Assembly: GCA_963665665.1 (NCBI GenBank)
Contig: OY762428.1
Coordinates: forward strand, 3,744,001 to 3,808,000
DNA length: 64,000 bases
From: Candidatus Kapaibacterium sp.
Lineage (GTDB): Bacteria > Bacteroidota > Ignavibacteria > Kapaibacteriales > UBA2268
Direction: 5' to 3'
Below, in pieces: positions 1 to 11,783 of this stretch; the first letter of the stretch is position 1, and every line of letters starts with the position of its first letter. The notes beneath the pieces were generated by a model, which was given only the letters and a program-made list of their open reading frames with translations, ran no database searches and was not told where the DNA came from. Made by a program: the position numbers and the translations under genes.

Positions 1-154
1 GGGTTTCCTGAAGGATTTCATGGGAAGTTATTTTGGAAATTCTTTCGGTAGCCTTGTTTCATTTTTCGCAAAGGAAAGCGAAATGTCTGTCGAGGAGATG
101 GAGGAATTAAAGCAGATAATGGAAGAAAAGATCAGGGAGAAAAGAAATGACTGA
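1..154 (+). CDS. BlaI/MecI/CopY-family transcriptional repressor, 3' part (truncated by window start)
   Basis: Frame from base 2 reads GFLKDFMGSYFGNSFGSLVSFFAKESEMSVEEMEELKQIMEEKIREKRND*, typical of a BlaI C-terminus. The TGA at 152-154 overlaps the start of the M56 gene. Confidence 0.8.
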   Translation, partial: GFLKDFMGSYFGNSFGSLVSFFAKESEMSVEEMEELKQIMEEKIREKRND

Positions 155-1448
155 CAACGCAGCTTTTATCATATACCTGCTTGAATCTTCAGCCTGCATG
201 ATAATATTTTACCTGTTTTACAGGCTGGTACTTGCCGGACAGACTTTTTTCATGATGAACAGAGCCTATCTTATTGCAACTGCCATTTTATCATTAATAA
301 TACCACTATTTTCTATCGATATAAGTTCGGCAAATCAAGCTATTGGATACTATATGCTTAATCCTATTGTAGTAACGGCAGGTTCCGGGCTTGAATCTGC
401 TATTTCAAATCTGAGTTTCACAGATATTATACTAATTGTTTACCTGACGGGAGCCAGTCTCTTCATGATAAGATTTATATACCAGATATTCCAGTTAATT
501 ACTATCGTTAGAAAATTTGGTATAAGCCGTAATTATGGCATAAATATTATCTTAACGGACAACTCACTATCTCCCTTTTCTTTTTTCAACATGGTTTTTC
601 TTGATAAGAGCCATCTCAGCCCTGAGGAATTCAATCACATAATTGAACATGAAAAAATGCATATCAGACAAAAGCATACTATTGATCTGCTGTTGCTTGA
701 ATTATTTGGAATTTTCCAATGGTTTAACCCATTTGTAAGATTATATATTAAGTCCATTAAAGAAATCCACGAACACCTTGCCGACCGCGAAGTTATCAGG
801 AATGGCGCCAACTTGAAATCCTATATGGAGCTGATAATGAAAAGGTCAGGGGGCGTACGGTTTTTCGAAATGGCTAACAACTTCAATTTTTTAACGATAA
901 AAAGGAGAATAAAAATGATAGGATCGGCCAAGCCTCCGAAAATCTCATTTTTCCGTTTTGTATTACTGCTGCCTGTTGTTTCAGGTTTGCTACTTGTATT
1001 TGCATGCACCGACAAAGAAAATATCACACCGGTTGAAAAAGTTGAAAGTATTTCAATAACCACAGAAGATAAAGCCCCGGAGACAACTGAAAAGAATGAA
1101 GGAACTGTGACAAAGGCTGATGAAATAAACATCAAAACCTCTGCTGAAAAGAAGGGAAATTATATTGTTGTTGATTCTGAACCGGAAGTTGACCTTACGC
1201 AACTCCAGAAATCGATAAAATACCCGGAAGAAGCCAGAAAAAAAGGCATTCAGGGAAAAGTTCTCGTCAAGGTAATGGTTGATAAGAATGGTAAACCTTC
1301 GAAAGCTGAGATAATCAGTTCTGATAATCAAATATTCAATGAATCAGCTGTTAATGCAATAATGTCCTGCACTTACAAACCCGCTGAACAAAAAGGTAAA
1401 AAAGTGGCTGCATATATTAATGTTCCCTTACATTTCAGGTTAAGATAG
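147..1448 (+). CDS. M56 (BlaR1-like) membrane metallopeptidase fused to a C-terminal TonB domain
   Basis: N-terminal TM helices; HEKMH zinc motif followed by WFNP and EIHEHLAD; C-terminal YPEEARKKGIQGKV TonB_C motif; lies downstream of blaI. Confidence 0.9.
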   Translation: MTDNAAFIIYLLESSACMIIFYLFYRLVLAGQTFFMMNRAYLIATAILSLIIPLFSIDISSANQAIGYYMLNPIVVTAGSGLESAISNLSFTDIILIVYLTGASLFMIRFIYQIFQLITIVRKFGISRNYGINIILTDNSLSPFSFFNMVFLDKSHLSPEEFNHIIEHEKMHIRQKHTIDLLLLELFGIFQWFNPFVRLYIKSIKEIHEHLADREVIRNGANLKSYMELIMKRSGGVRFFEMANNFNFLTIKRRIKMIGSAKPPKISFFRFVLLLPVVSGLLLVFACTDKENITPVEKVESISITTEDKAPETTEKNEGTVTKADEINIKTSAEKKGNYIVVDSEPEVDLTQLQKSIKYPEEARKKGIQGKVLVKVMVDKNGKPSKAEIISSDNQIFNESAVNAIMSCTYKPAEQKGKKVAAYINVPLHFRLR

Positions 1449-1456
1449 GAAATGTT

Positions 1457-1867
1457 ATGAAAGCAATAAACCATTTCAGATTTCTATCGCTTATTGGAAT
1501 TGTTATGTCAATGCTTTTAGCTTTTAGTGCAATTAGCAATGCGGACGAAAAAAAATTCAGTAGTGATATTACTATGCCGCAGTATAAAGGCGGACAAAAA
1601 GCAATGGAGAAATTTATTTCCCAAAACCTGAAATATCCTGCCGAGGCACAAAAAAGAGGCATTCAGGGCAAGGTGATTATTTCTTTCGGAATAAGTAAAG
1701 AGGGAAATATTATAAATCCTAAAGTAGTTGAAGGTATTGGCCACGGGTGCGATAAAGAAGCACTAAGGGTAGTTAAAAAAATGCCGAAGTGGAAACCGGG
1801 CAAGGATAAAGAAGGAAATATCGTAATTGTATATATGAAACTACCAATTCATTTCCGACTGCAATAA
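1457..1867 (+). CDS. TonB C-terminal domain protein (energy transducer TonB-like)
   Basis: Signal/TM segment, then MPQYKGG...YPAEAQKRGIQGKV...WKPG TonB_C motifs. Confidence 0.88.
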   Translation: MKAINHFRFLSLIGIVMSMLLAFSAISNADEKKFSSDITMPQYKGGQKAMEKFISQNLKYPAEAQKRGIQGKVIISFGISKEGNIINPKVVEGIGHGCDKEALRVVKKMPKWKPGKDKEGNIVIVYMKLPIHFRLQ

Positions 1868-1892
1868 ATATTCGCTTAATTCCATGATCCGT

Positions 1893-1928
1893 ATCCTTTC
1901 CGTAAATTATTACGGGAAGGATTATTTT
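1893..1928 (+). terminator. Probable intrinsic terminator after the blaI-M56-tonB operon
   Basis: ATCCTTTCCGTAA-ATTA-TTACGGGAAGGAT hairpin followed by TATTTT. Confidence 0.6.
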
Positions 1929-2036
1929 AAATATTTCCATCTTCTGCAAAATTTATGTGCAATCCGGCATTTCATAGTTGATATGCATATTGTATTTCTT
2001 AGAAATAATAGTTTTACCAATCAAAAAATATTATCT

Positions 2037-2044
2037 TATTTTTG
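2037..2044 (+). promoter_or_regulatory. Bacteroidota-type -7 promoter box for dnaG
   Basis: TATTTTTG matches TAnnTTTG and sits 4 nt before the ATG at 2049. Confidence 0.45.
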
Positions 2045-2048
2045 TAAG

Positions 2049-3926
2049 ATGGCGGAACGAAATGAAATAAAGGAAGAGATAAAAAGAGTAGCCAATATCG
2101 TTGAGATTGTTGGCGAATATGTGCCGCTGAAGCAGCGCGGACGCAACTTCCTTGGCCTGTGCCCTTTTCACGAGGAAAAAACTCCTTCTTTCACCGTCTT
2201 TCCCGAGACAAATATCTATAAATGCTTCGGTTGCGGGAAATCCGGCGACGCTTTCAGTTTCATGATGGAATACCACGGCATGGGATTCCGCGAAGCTATG
2301 AAAACACTTGCAGCCCGTTACGGCATTAAAATGATGGACAGCGGCCCGACACAGGGAAAATCCGAAAGCGAGAAAAAGGAAAATATTTTTTCTGCCCTAA
2401 AAGACGCAGCCATGCTCTATCAGAATGCCTTGAAGCATAATGATGGCAAAATCGCAAGAGATTATTTTGCGAACAGGGGGTTTGGTAATGAACTAATAGA
2501 AAAGTTCATGCTTGGCTATTCAGTTGACAAGTGGGAAGGAATCGTGCAGCCCTTGCAAAAAGCCGGGTACGACCAGAAAACGCTTGAGGATGCCGGGCTG
2601 ATTGTTGTTAAAGATGACGGACGCTTTTACGACCGCTTTCGGGGCCGCCCGATTTTTCCGATACGGGATTACCTTGGGCGTATAATCGGTTTCGGGGCCA
2701 GAGCTTTGAAAAAAGACGACCCAATGGGGAAATATATAAACTCCCCTCAGTCGCCGGTTTACGACAAAAGCCGCAGCCTGTACGGGCTGTTCGAAGGCCG
2801 CCAGATGATAATGAGTAAGAAGGAAGCTATTCTCGTAGAGGGATATGCAGACGTTCTTTCGCTCTACCAGGCGGGATTCGAGAACTGTGTGGCATCCAGT
2901 GGCACCTCGCTTACCACCGAGCAATTGAAACTGCTGAAACGCTATTGCAGTAAATTATATTTTGTTTACGACGGGGACAAAGCCGGTATTAAAGCCGCAG
3001 ACCGCGGATTGGAACTCGCATTGCAGGAAGGGTTCGACGTTATGCTGGCGCTACTGCCCGAAGGAGAAGACCCTGACAGTATGGTTAGAGATCACGGAGC
3101 TGAAGCCTTCCAAAAGCACTTAGACGGGGCAACGGGATTTATTGAATTCCGAATTGAATTGCAAAAAAAAGCCGGGATGTTCGATACTCCAGGCGGAATC
3201 GCTGACGCTGCACGCGAGCTGCTAAAGCTCGTTGCAAACATACCGGATAAGATGAAACATGATTTCTTTATAAATCATTTCGCTTCCCTTCTACATTTGA
3301 ACGAAAGGCAGATACAGCAACTATATAAAGAAAAAGATACGATAGGAAAGCAGCCCCAAAGGCAATTATTTCGGAAACAGCAGGAAAAACCGGTACAACC
3401 TGAAAGAACTGCCAAAGATATTTTAAGATTGATCAGCAGTGAAGAAACACTACTGCTTCATATTGCTATGAGAAAGGAAAATGATTTCAATTACATTATC
3501 CATGAAAAAGACCTTCGCGAGGACGATTTGATAACTCCCGACGCGCAAAGGCTTTTCGGCCTGATTATTTATCTGCATGAGGAAAACAGTGACATACTTG
3601 CTGAAATAATTTCGAATACAAACCTGAATGAAACCGACCGCGACCTGCTGACTTCAATTGCGCTGAAAAAAGATGAAGTAAGCAGCAAATGGGTGGATTT
3701 CGGCGTGGAATTTCCCGAGGACGACATAGAAAGAATGGTAAACGATGCCATTGCCAAAATAAAAATGGTTAAAATTGATAAAGAGATAAACCAGTTAAAA
3801 AGCAGTTTGTCCGGGCTAAAGGACTTTGAAGAAGTAAAAGCCAACCTGAACCGACAGTCGGAACTCAACCAGGAAAAAGAAAAACTCTTCCTTAGCAGCG
3901 ATACATTTACCACCGGTAAGGATTAA
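2049..3926 (+). CDS. dnaG: DNA primase
   Basis: CHC2 zinc finger (CPFHEEKTPSF...CFGC), KYINSP, TOPRIM motifs VEGYAD and YDGDKAG. Start reassigned to MAERNE at 2049. Confidence 0.97.
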   Translation: MAERNEIKEEIKRVANIVEIVGEYVPLKQRGRNFLGLCPFHEEKTPSFTVFPETNIYKCFGCGKSGDAFSFMMEYHGMGFREAMKTLAARYGIKMMDSGPTQGKSESEKKENIFSALKDAAMLYQNALKHNDGKIARDYFANRGFGNELIEKFMLGYSVDKWEGIVQPLQKAGYDQKTLEDAGLIVVKDDGRFYDRFRGRPIFPIRDYLGRIIGFGARALKKDDPMGKYINSPQSPVYDKSRSLYGLFEGRQMIMSKKEAILVEGYADVLSLYQAGFENCVASSGTSLTTEQLKLLKRYCSKLYFVYDGDKAGIKAADRGLELALQEGFDVMLALLPEGEDPDSMVRDHGAEAFQKHLDGATGFIEFRIELQKKAGMFDTPGGIADAARELLKLVANIPDKMKHDFFINHFASLLHLNERQIQQLYKEKDTIGKQPQRQLFRKQQEKPVQPERTAKDILRLISSEETLLLHIAMRKENDFNYIIHEKDLREDDLITPDAQRLFGLIIYLHEENSDILAEIISNTNLNETDRDLLTSIALKKDEVSSKWVDFGVEFPEDDIERMVNDAIAKIKMVKIDKEINQLKSSLSGLKDFEEVKANLNRQSELNQEKEKLFLSSDTFTTGKD

Positions 3927-4283
3927 ATTTTTTCAGAAATGGCTTAAATTTCATCATAATATATAACCAACAAAAATATCAATATCTTGTTCCCGTCCTG
4001 AAAGTAATTATTGCAGCCCATTATTTCAGGTCCGGAAGTCCGAAATCAACTTGATTTTTCATAGCGGTTTGTTGGTACGTTTAGTTCATTTTTTGTCCTC
4101 TACCGATGCAGGCTGTGATATGTCATTACAAAAGATGAAAGAGCTCTGGATATTCCCCTGCTGTCGGAAATGTCCTGAATGCCGGTGAATAGAAAATATT
4201 TGTAGTGACCAATCGGAGAATTTTCCTCCAATATTGATAAGCATTTAGCTTTATACCCGTGCAAATTGGGTTAATGCTTTATA

Positions 4284-4697
4284 TTAGTCCCGTGTAGTAT
4301 TAAATGACAATATATGAATTGTAACGGCAGCAGCAATTATGATCAACAGAATTTTAAGCCATAAGGGATCAACAAAAAAATATGCTGAGCTTAGAATAGT
4401 CGGCCACATGGTTGCCATGGCCATGATCTTTCCCTTCAAAGGAATACCTTTTTTTTCGCGATAATTTCGGATATATTTACCAAACCTTGGGTGTTCTGTC
4501 AGTAGGCGGTAAAATTTATCTGAACTGCGGAAAAAACATGCTGCTGCCAAAAGCATGAAGGGAGTTGTGGGTAATACTGGCAAAAAAATACCAATAATAC
4601 CAAGAACAGTAAACAGAATACCTGAAAATATCAAAAGCCACCTGACTATAGGTGATTTCGCTTTTTTTATCCCCTGTGTTGCTAATTTTGAATCCAT
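4284..4697 (-). CDS. YbaN/DUF454 family inner-membrane protein
   Basis: LGIIGIFLPVLPTTPFMLLAA...RSS signature. ATG at 4697 lies just after the metH stop. Confidence 0.88.
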   Translation of the reverse strand: MDSKLATQGIKKAKSPIVRWLLIFSGILFTVLGIIGIFLPVLPTTPFMLLAAACFFRSSDKFYRLLTEHPRFGKYIRNYREKKGIPLKGKIMAMATMWPTILSSAYFFVDPLWLKILLIIIAAAVTIHILSFNTTRD

Positions 4698-4698
4698 A

Positions 4699-7600
4699 TC
4701 AATATGCCAGATTTGTTGCAAGCCATTTTTCAGCCTGTTTCAAACTGATTCCTTTACGTTCTGCATAATCTTTTACCTGCTCTTCATTAACTCTTCCAAC
4801 TGCAAAATATTTTGCTTCCGGGTTAGCAAAGTAAATTCCACTTACTGAAGCTGCCGGCAACATCATGAAATTATCGGTTAATTTCATTTGTGTTTCAGAT
4901 TCAACTTTCAATATATCAAAAATTTGCTTAACAACAGTATGATCCGGTAAAGACGGGTATCCAGCAGCAGGACGAATTCCTCGATATTTCTCGGTCAGGA
5001 TTCCGGCAATATCAAGCCCCTCTGAACTATATCCCCAGTAGTTTGTCCTTACTTCCCTGTGCATATATTCGGCAAAGGCTTCAGCCAGCCTGTCTGCCAG
5101 TACTTTTGTCATTATACTGTTATAATCATCATTATCCTGTTTGAATTTCTCTGCAAGTTCTTCAGATCCGATTCCTGCTGTTAAAGCAAATATCCCGATA
5201 TAATCTGTAATTCCGGTTGAAACGGGAGTTATAAAATCTGAAAGCGAAAAGTTGGGTTCGTTGACTTTTTTATTTTGCTGCCTGAGGGTGTGTATTTCAT
5301 GGATAACATTTTTATTTTCAGGATTGTCGTATATAATAATTGAATCCTGTTTGGAATTGGAAGGGAAAATCCCAATTGTCCCCTCTGCAGCAATCAGATT
5401 CTGATCAATAATTTTATCTAATAATTCATTTGCATCATCATAAAGTTTTGTTGCTTCTTTACCTTTCTTTGGATGATCAAATATTTTCGGATATTTCCCG
5501 CTTATCTCCCAGGTAAGGAAAAACTGGGTCCAGTTAATATATTTCCTGATCTTGTTCAGATCAACATTATCAAATTTTGTTATACCCGCCTTTTCAGGAA
5601 CCGGAATTTCATAGTCTTCCCAATTAATTGTTAATCTATTTGCCCTGGCTTCGTCAAGAGAAATTAAATTTTTGGATGCCATTTTCTTCTCATGCCTGTC
5701 CCTTAGTTCCTTATAATCATTTTTGATTTGTTCAATAAAATCAACTGACTGCTCCTTGCTGAGAAGCGAACTAACTACAGGAACACTTTTTCCTGCATCA
5801 ACAACATGAACTACCGGCCCTGAGTAAACAGGATCGATTTTCACTGCCGTATGAATCCTTGAAGTTGTAGCTCCTCCTATTAATAATGGAATTTTTAAAC
5901 CGGTTCTTTCCATTTCAGATGCAACGTTTACCATTTCGTCAAGGGACGGTGTTATCAGTCCGCTTAAGCCAATAATATCAACATCTTTTTTTACAGCCTC
6001 GCTGATGATTCTCTCTGCCGGAACCATTACTCCCAGGTCGATAACCTCATAGTTATTGCATGCAAGTACAACGCCAACTATATTTTTGCCTATGTCATGC
6101 ACGTCACCTTTTACGGTAGCCATAAGAATCTTACCAGCTGACTTCTTTTCCTCATGTTTCAAAGATTCTTCAATATAGGGAATCAGGTATGCAACTGATT
6201 TTTTCATCACCCTGGCTGATTTTACCACCTGCGGAAGGAACATTTTACCTGAACCAAACAAATCTCCTACTTCATTCATACCGTCCATAAGGTATTTCTC
6301 AATTATCTCCAGTGGATTGTTAACTTGTTGCCTGGCAATTTCGGTATCTTCGATAATATTATCAAGAATACCTTTTACCAGAGAATGCTTCAATCTTTTA
6401 TCAACAGGAAGTTCACGCCATTTGTCAATTTTTTTATCTGATTTATCTTTCTGGCTGATATTGGAAGCAAGGTTAATAAGCCTTTCAGTCGCGTCATCCC
6501 GGCGGTTAAGCAGAACATCTTCTACAGCTGACAGAAATTCTTCGGGAATTTCTTCATAAATTTCCAACTGGCCGGCATTTACTATACCCATATCCATCCC
6601 GGCTTTAACTGCATGGTAAAGGAACGCAGAATGCATTGCTTCCCTTACACGGTTGTTGCCCCTGAATGAGAATGAAATATTTGATACTCCGCCGCTGACT
6701 TTAGCTCCCGGCAGATTCTTTTTTATCCATTCCGTTGCCCTGATAAAATTGACTGCATAATTCCTATGTTCATCCATACCTGTGGCAACTGTCAGTATAT
6801 TAGGATCAAAAATTATATCCTCGGGAGCAAAACCTACATTCTCAGTTAATATTATGTATGCTCTTTGGCAAATTTCAATTTTTCTTTCATAACTTACCGC
6901 CTGGCCTTTTTCATCAAAGGCCATAACAATCAAAGCGGCTCCGTATGAAAGTACTTTTCGTGCATGATCAATAAAAGATGCTTCACCTTCTTTCAGGGAA
7001 AGTGAATTTACGATACCCTTGCCCTGTAGGCATTTTAGGCCGGATTCAATAACTGACCATTTTGAAGAATCCAGCATAACAGGAACCTTTGCAATATCCG
7101 GTTCAGATGCTATCAGGTTCAGAAATCTGACCATTGAATCTTCGGAATCAATCATTCCTTCATCCATATTTATATCAATTACCTGGGCGCCATTTTCAAT
7201 CTGCTGCCTGGCAACTTCAATAGCTTCATCGAACTTTTCTTCTTTTATTAAACGCCTGAATTTTGCCGAACCGGCTACATTGGTTCTTTCGCCGATATTA
7301 ACAAAATTTGATTCAGGCCGAATAGTTAAAGCTTCCAGCCCACTGAGTTTCAGATACCGGGGATTGACGGGGATAACCCTCGGCTTTAAATTTTCCACCG
7401 TTCGGGCCATTGCATTTATATGAGCAGGTGTTGTGCCGCAGCATCCGCCCACAATATTTATCAATCCTTCATTTACATAGCTATTAATAACTTCGGCCAT
7501 ATATTTATCAGTTTCATCATACTGGCCGAATTCATTGGGAAGGCCTGCATTTGGATAAAGGCTGGTGTAGCAGTCTGCAATTTTTGACAATTCTTTTATG

Positions 7601-8370
7601 TGCGGCCTCATCTGCCCGGAACCCAGAGCGCAGTTCAATCCTACGCTGAGCAAATATGGAGTATGAGCGATTGAAATATAAAATGCTTCGATAGTTTGTC
7701 CTGACAGGGTTCTGCCGCTTTGGTCAGTAATTGTGCCGGAGATCATTACCGGAATAATCCTGCCGCTATCGTGGATATACCTTGAAACAGCGTTGATAGC
7801 AGCTTTGGCATTTAATGTGTCGAAAATAGTTTCTATCAGAAAAATATCTGCTCCGCCCTCGGCCAGTCCTTTTACCTGGGTATAGTAGGCATCTGACAGT
7901 TCATCGAAAGACACAGCCCGGAATCCAGGATTATTAACATCCGGCGACATTGATGCTGTTCTGTTTGTTGGCCCGATTGATCCGGCAACAAACCTGGGCT
8001 TGCCGGGATTTTTTCTGCTAACTTCCAGGCAGGCATCTTTAGCAATTTCGGCTGCTTTTAGGTTTATTTCGTAGGCTAATTCTTCGGCATTATAATCAGA
8101 CTGGGAAATTGCCTGTGCATTAAATGTATTTGTCTCGATAATATCCGCACCGGAATTCAGGTATTCAATATGAATTTCTTTAATTATATCCGGCTGAGTT
8201 AAAACAAGGATATCGTTGTTTCCCTTCAGGTCTTTTCCATGATTTTCAAATCTTTCACCACGAAAATCCTCCTCCGAGAATTTGTATTTTTGAATCATCG
8301 TTCCCATCGCTCCGTCAAGGACGAGTATTCTTTCCTTCAGGATTCCTTTTATTTGCTCGTATTTATTCAT
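4699..8370 (-). CDS. metH: Cobalamin-dependent methionine synthase
   Basis: [10 protein letters not shown] and GGCCGT (Hcy domain), IGERTN pterin domain, [10 protein letters not shown]12-binding motif, C-terminal activation domain. Start MNKYEQ at 8370. Confidence 0.97.
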   Translation of the reverse strand: MNKYEQIKGILKERILVLDGAMGTMIQKYKFSEEDFRGERFENHGKDLKGNNDILVLTQPDIIKEIHIEYLNSGADIIETNTFNAQAISQSDYNAEELAYEINLKAAEIAKDACLEVSRKNPGKPRFVAGSIGPTNRTASMSPDVNNPGFRAVSFDELSDAYYTQVKGLAEGGADIFLIETIFDTLNAKAAINAVSRYIHDSGRIIPVMISGTITDQSGRTLSGQTIEAFYISIAHTPYLLSVGLNCALGSGQMRPHIKELSKIADCYTSLYPNAGLPNEFGQYDETDKYMAEVINSYVNEGLINIVGGCCGTTPAHINAMARTVENLKPRVIPVNPRYLKLSGLEALTIRPESNFVNIGERTNVAGSAKFRRLIKEEKFDEAIEVARQQIENGAQVIDINMDEGMIDSEDSMVRFLNLIASEPDIAKVPVMLDSSKWSVIESGLKCLQGKGIVNSLSLKEGEASFIDHARKVLSYGAALIVMAFDEKGQAVSYERKIEICQRAYIILTENVGFAPEDIIFDPNILTVATGMDEHRNYAVNFIRATEWIKKNLPGAKVSGGVSNISFSFRGNNRVREAMHSAFLYHAVKAGMDMGIVNAGQLEIYEEIPEEFLSAVEDVLLNRRDDATERLINLASNISQKDKSDKKIDKWRELPVDKRLKHSLVKGILDNIIEDTEIARQQVNNPLEIIEKYLMDGMNEVGDLFGSGKMFLPQVVKSARVMKKSVAYLIPYIEESLKHEEKKSAGKILMATVKGDVHDIGKNIVGVVLACNNYEVIDLGVMVPAERIISEAVKKDVDIIGLSGLITPSLDEMVNVASEMERTGLKIPLLIGGATTSRIHTAVKIDPVYSGPVVHVVDAGKSVPVVSSLLSKEQSVDFIEQIKNDYKELRDRHEKKMASKNLISLDEARANRLTINWEDYEIPVPEKAGITKFDNVDLNKIRKYINWTQFFLTWEISGKYPKIFDHPKKGKEATKLYDDANELLDKIIDQNLIAAEGTIGIFPSNSKQDSIIIYDNPENKNVIHEIHTLRQQNKKVNEPNFSLSDFITPVSTGITDYIGIFALTAGIGSEELAEKFKQDNDDYNSIMTKVLADRLAEAFAEYMHREVRTNYWGYSSEGLDIAGILTEKYRGIRPAAGYPSLPDHTVVKQIFDILKVESETQMKLTDNFMMLPAASVSGIYFANPEAKYFAVGRVNEEQVKDYAERKGISLKQAEKWLATNLAY

Positions 8371-8380
8371 TGTCTTCCGA

Positions 8381-10225
8381 TTATCTAAAATTAAAACCAT
8401 CGAGTACATCAAATACACTTTGTATTCTGCCAAATGGCGCTGATATCTGTATTCCCTTAATATGATTCCGTATCCGATTCAGCGTTTCCCGGGCAATATC
8501 AATACCTTCCTTAAGGCTGTCTTCCTTCGAACCTGCTCTTTTTCTCATTCGAATCAGTATTTCTTCCGGGACGTCACAGCCGGGTACTTCATTGTTCATG
8601 AACTCTGCATTTCTTATGGATACAAGTGGCCATAAACCCGCAACAATAGGGATTTTTATATGTTTTGTTCTTTCAATAAAATTCTCAAATACTCTGATAT
8701 CAAAAACCGGTTGAGTAATAATAAATTCTGCCCCGGCATCAACTTTCCAATCCAGCCTTTTTATTTCTTCATCCAGGTTTACAGCGCCGGGATTAGCACC
8801 AACCCCAATGAAGAAACCCGTAGGATCGCCAATCGGGTTTCCGGCTATATCCATTCCGTGGTTCAGACGGTTTATTATATTTACGAGGCCGATGGAATCT
8901 ACATCAAAAACTGCCGTGGCATCAGGGTAGTTTCCCAGTTTCGGGGGGTCGCCCGTAATAGCTAATATATTTTTTAAACCAAGAGCATAGGCGCCCAGTA
9001 AATCTGACTGAATGCCAATTACATTACGATCCCTGCAAACATAGTGCAAAAGGGTTTCAATGCCCACTTCACGCTGAATTTTAACTGCAAGTGCCATTGC
9101 TGACATCCTTGCGCTGGCACGAGGGCCGTCAGGGATGTTAATACAATCAATTCCATAATAGTTAAGTTCCCTGGCTTTTTCAATTTCCTTTTTTGGGAGT
9201 ACTCCCATAGGTGCGAGTAGTTCAACAAATTTTATAAAATGGCCGTCTTTAAGTTGCCTTGCAGTTCTGGATTTTTTCTCACAGGGAACAGTTGATATTT
9301 CAATTTTCTTGGCTGGCTCGCTGAATTTAACCCTGTTTTGTTTCAGGTCCGGTTTCAATGAGTTCAGCATATTACTCATTTTTTTGATATGCTCAGGCCC
9401 TGTTCCGCAGCATCCTCCAATTATATCTGCTCCGGTTTGTATATAGTGCTTTGCATATTCGCCAAGATATTCAGGGGAAGTCAGGTAAATATTCCTCCCG
9501 TCAATATTTTTTGGTTTACCTGCATTCGGCATCACTGATATATATTTATCCGTATACTTTCTGGCTTCCTCCAGCCAGTTCAGCATAACCCTTGGCCCTA
9601 CCGAACAATTCACCCCGATAATATCTGCCCCGAAACTTTCCATTTCCCTGATCATTATTTCCGGTGAAGCACCTGTAAGTGACCTGGAATGTTCGTTGAT
9701 TGTCATCTGTGCGATAACCGGCAGGTTTGTGACTTCCCTTGCAGCCTTAACAGCACATTTCAATTCGTCAGGATAGATGAAGGTTTCGAAAAGAATAATA
9801 TCTATTCCGCCATCAATCAGGGGAATCAATTGTTCTTTGAAAAATTCAATTGCCTCTTCACGGCTGATTGGGCCCAGAGGTTCAATTTGAATTCCAAGCG
9901 GCCCGACTGAACCAGCCACGTAAACAGAATTATCGGCAACTTCCCTGGCAATTGATGCTGCATTAAAATTTATCTCTTTAAGATTTTCATGCAGCAGTTG
10001 CCTTCGAAGTTTGAACCGGTTCCCGCCAAATGTATTTGTGGTAATAACTTCCGCACCGGCTTTGATGTAATCGGAATGAATATCTTTTATCAACTGTTTG
10101 TTTGATAAGTTAAGTTCCTCAAAGCACTTGTTAAGGAATACCCCTCTTTTGTACAGTTCAGTTCCAAAACCACCGTCAAATAGTATCGGACCCTTTTTTA
10201 TTCTCTCTAAAAAGCTTAATTTCAT
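8381..10225 (-). CDS. Bifunctional homocysteine S-methyltransferase / methylenetetrahydrofolate reductase (YitJ-like)
   Basis: [12 protein letters not shown] and GGCCGT Hcy domain followed by an MTHFR domain (IPDGPRA, CRDRN, ITGDPP, ITQPVFD). Confidence 0.92.
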   Translation of the reverse strand: MKLSFLERIKKGPILFDGGFGTELYKRGVFLNKCFEELNLSNKQLIKDIHSDYIKAGAEVITTNTFGGNRFKLRRQLLHENLKEINFNAASIAREVADNSVYVAGSVGPLGIQIEPLGPISREEAIEFFKEQLIPLIDGGIDIILFETFIYPDELKCAVKAAREVTNLPVIAQMTINEHSRSLTGASPEIMIREMESFGADIIGVNCSVGPRVMLNWLEEARKYTDKYISVMPNAGKPKNIDGRNIYLTSPEYLGEYAKHYIQTGADIIGGCCGTGPEHIKKMSNMLNSLKPDLKQNRVKFSEPAKKIEISTVPCEKKSRTARQLKDGHFIKFVELLAPMGVLPKKEIEKARELNYYGIDCINIPDGPRASARMSAMALAVKIQREVGIETLLHYVCRDRNVIGIQSDLLGAYALGLKNILAITGDPPKLGNYPDATAVFDVDSIGLVNIINRLNHGMDIAGNPIGDPTGFFIGVGANPGAVNLDEEIKRLDWKVDAGAEFIITQPVFDIRVFENFIERTKHIKIPIVAGLWPLVSIRNAEFMNNEVPGCDVPEEILIRMRKRAGSKEDSLKEGIDIARETLNRIRNHIKGIQISAPFGRIQSVFDVLDGFNFR

Positions 10226-10403
10226 ATTAATAACGAATCAGTTGTTTTTAATAAAACTAATAATATAATTTAGCTGTACTAAAAAACCAAATTATTTGTG
10301 ACTATTTTCAAAAAACAGTCAGATTTTAATAAATATACTTGCATATTTGAAATCATTCTGTTTATTTTGTTTTAGCAGCATAGAGAATAAATTTTTGAAA
10401 CAA

Positions 10404-11618
10404 ATGAACATATTAAAATATTCCATTCCTATTTTATTTCTCCTGATTTTCAACGGGAAAGCATTTTCCGATGAAAATTGTTTTCTTACAGCCAAACCAA
10501 AAAAGGGAGACGGTATATCTACTTTTTTGAAACGCTATGGCCTTCCTGCCGGTAGTGAAGAGAAAAAATCATTTATTGATATAAATTCAGGGCGGCTTAC
10601 AAAAAGAAACGGCCTTGTTCTTGGCAGGCATTATCAATTGCCCATATTGAAAGTGAAATTCAACGGGAAAACAATACGCTCGTGTACGGGTATCGTTAAT
10701 TTTGACAGTGCAAAAGCAATCCAGGATTATAATGACAAACTTGCTAAAAGAAGAATCAAAGATAAAGATTTTAGAATCGATAAAGTACTTTGGGTACCAC
10801 AGTTCCTTATATCCGTTTCCCAGGAAAAAAATATACCTGAAAAGTCTCTTGATTGCAATGAAAGCGGCAGAAAGATAAATGCACCAGACTTATCAATATT
10901 CGGGGAAGCGAATTCAAAATTAATTAAGAGAGACACAAAGCTGAATGGTGCTGTGTTTTACCTTGTTGCAGGGCATGGCGGGCCTGATCCGGGAGCTGTT
11001 GGGACAAGGGGAAAATATACTTTTTCTGAAGACGAGTACGCTTACGACGTTACTTTAAGGCTCGGCAAAAGATTGCTTGAACACGGGGCTACTGTTCATT
11101 TCATAGTTCAGGATCCCAATGACGGGATAAGAAGCGGTAAATACCTGGAATTGGATTATGATGAATACTATCTCGGTGGTGATACAATTTCGGCTGATCA
11201 GCTTGAAAGACTGGCAAAAAGGGTGGAAATTATTAATAAAGAATATCAAAAATCTAAAAAAAAATCAAAATATCAGCGTGTTGTCGTAATACATGTTGAT
11301 TCCAGAACCGAAGGAAAGAAAATTGATATATTTTTCTATCATAATCCCGGAAGCCTGACAGGAGAAAAATTTGCAAAAAACCTACAGCAAACTATCAGGA
11401 AAAAATACGCTGCAGCCCAGCCTGGCAGGGGATACGGCGGTACTGTCAGCTCCCGTGGGCTATACCTTTTGCGCAAAACCAATCCTGTTTGTGTATATAT
11501 AGAACTTGGGAATATACAGAATTCAAGAGACCAGCTGCGATTTTTTCAGGAGAATAACAGGCAGGCTATTGCAAACTGGCTTGCTGAAGGTTTGATAGAA
11601 GATTTTAACCAAAAATAA
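10404..11618 (+). CDS. N-acetylmuramoyl-L-alanine amidase (Amidase_3) with N-terminal extension
   Basis: Signal peptide; zinc-amidase residues in AGHGGPDPGA, EDEYAYD, VIHVD and IELGN. Confidence 0.88.
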   Translation: MNILKYSIPILFLLIFNGKAFSDENCFLTAKPKKGDGISTFLKRYGLPAGSEEKKSFIDINSGRLTKRNGLVLGRHYQLPILKVKFNGKTIRSCTGIVNFDSAKAIQDYNDKLAKRRIKDKDFRIDKVLWVPQFLISVSQEKNIPEKSLDCNESGRKINAPDLSIFGEANSKLIKRDTKLNGAVFYLVAGHGGPDPGAVGTRGKYTFSEDEYAYDVTLRLGKRLLEHGATVHFIVQDPNDGIRSGKYLELDYDEYYLGGDTISADQLERLAKRVEIINKEYQKSKKKSKYQRVVVIHVDSRTEGKKIDIFFYHNPGSLTGEKFAKNLQQTIRKKYAAAQPGRGYGGTVSSRGLYLLRKTNPVCVYIELGNIQNSRDQLRFFQENNRQAIANWLAEGLIEDFNQK

Positions 11619-11701
11619 TTATTTGCAAAAATAGCCACAAAATGATTACAAAAGAATTTATAAATGCCTAATAAATATTAGTAATAGATTAAAAAATCCT
11701 A

Positions 11702-11709
11702 TATATTTG
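11702..11709 (+). promoter_or_regulatory. -7 promoter box upstream of ackA
   Basis: TATATTTG (TAnnTTTG) about 75 nt upstream of the ATG; GGAG RBS before the start. Confidence 0.45.
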
Positions 11710-11783
11710 TATCTGCATATTATAGCAGAAAATGAAATTGATTTTGAAAACAGTAAATTATGATTTTTTAACCGGAGAAAAGT

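Noticed and set aside
1884-2048. 55-aa N-terminal extension of DnaG in the ORF track
   Set aside because: It spans a terminator-like hairpin and a promoter box; primase homology begins at MAERNE (2049).
3960-4280. Small gene or REP element between dnaG and ybaN
   Set aside because: Only a very degenerate GTCATT...GGAAATGTC similarity and no credible ORF.
8371-8433. N-terminal extension of MetH overlapping the upstream gene
   Set aside because: The ATG at 8370 has a GGAAG RBS, avoids the overlap and matches the normal MetH start.
10226-10403. SAM or cobalamin riboswitch upstream of the met genes
   Set aside because: The region is short and very AT-rich, with no S-box or B12-box consensus or stable stems.
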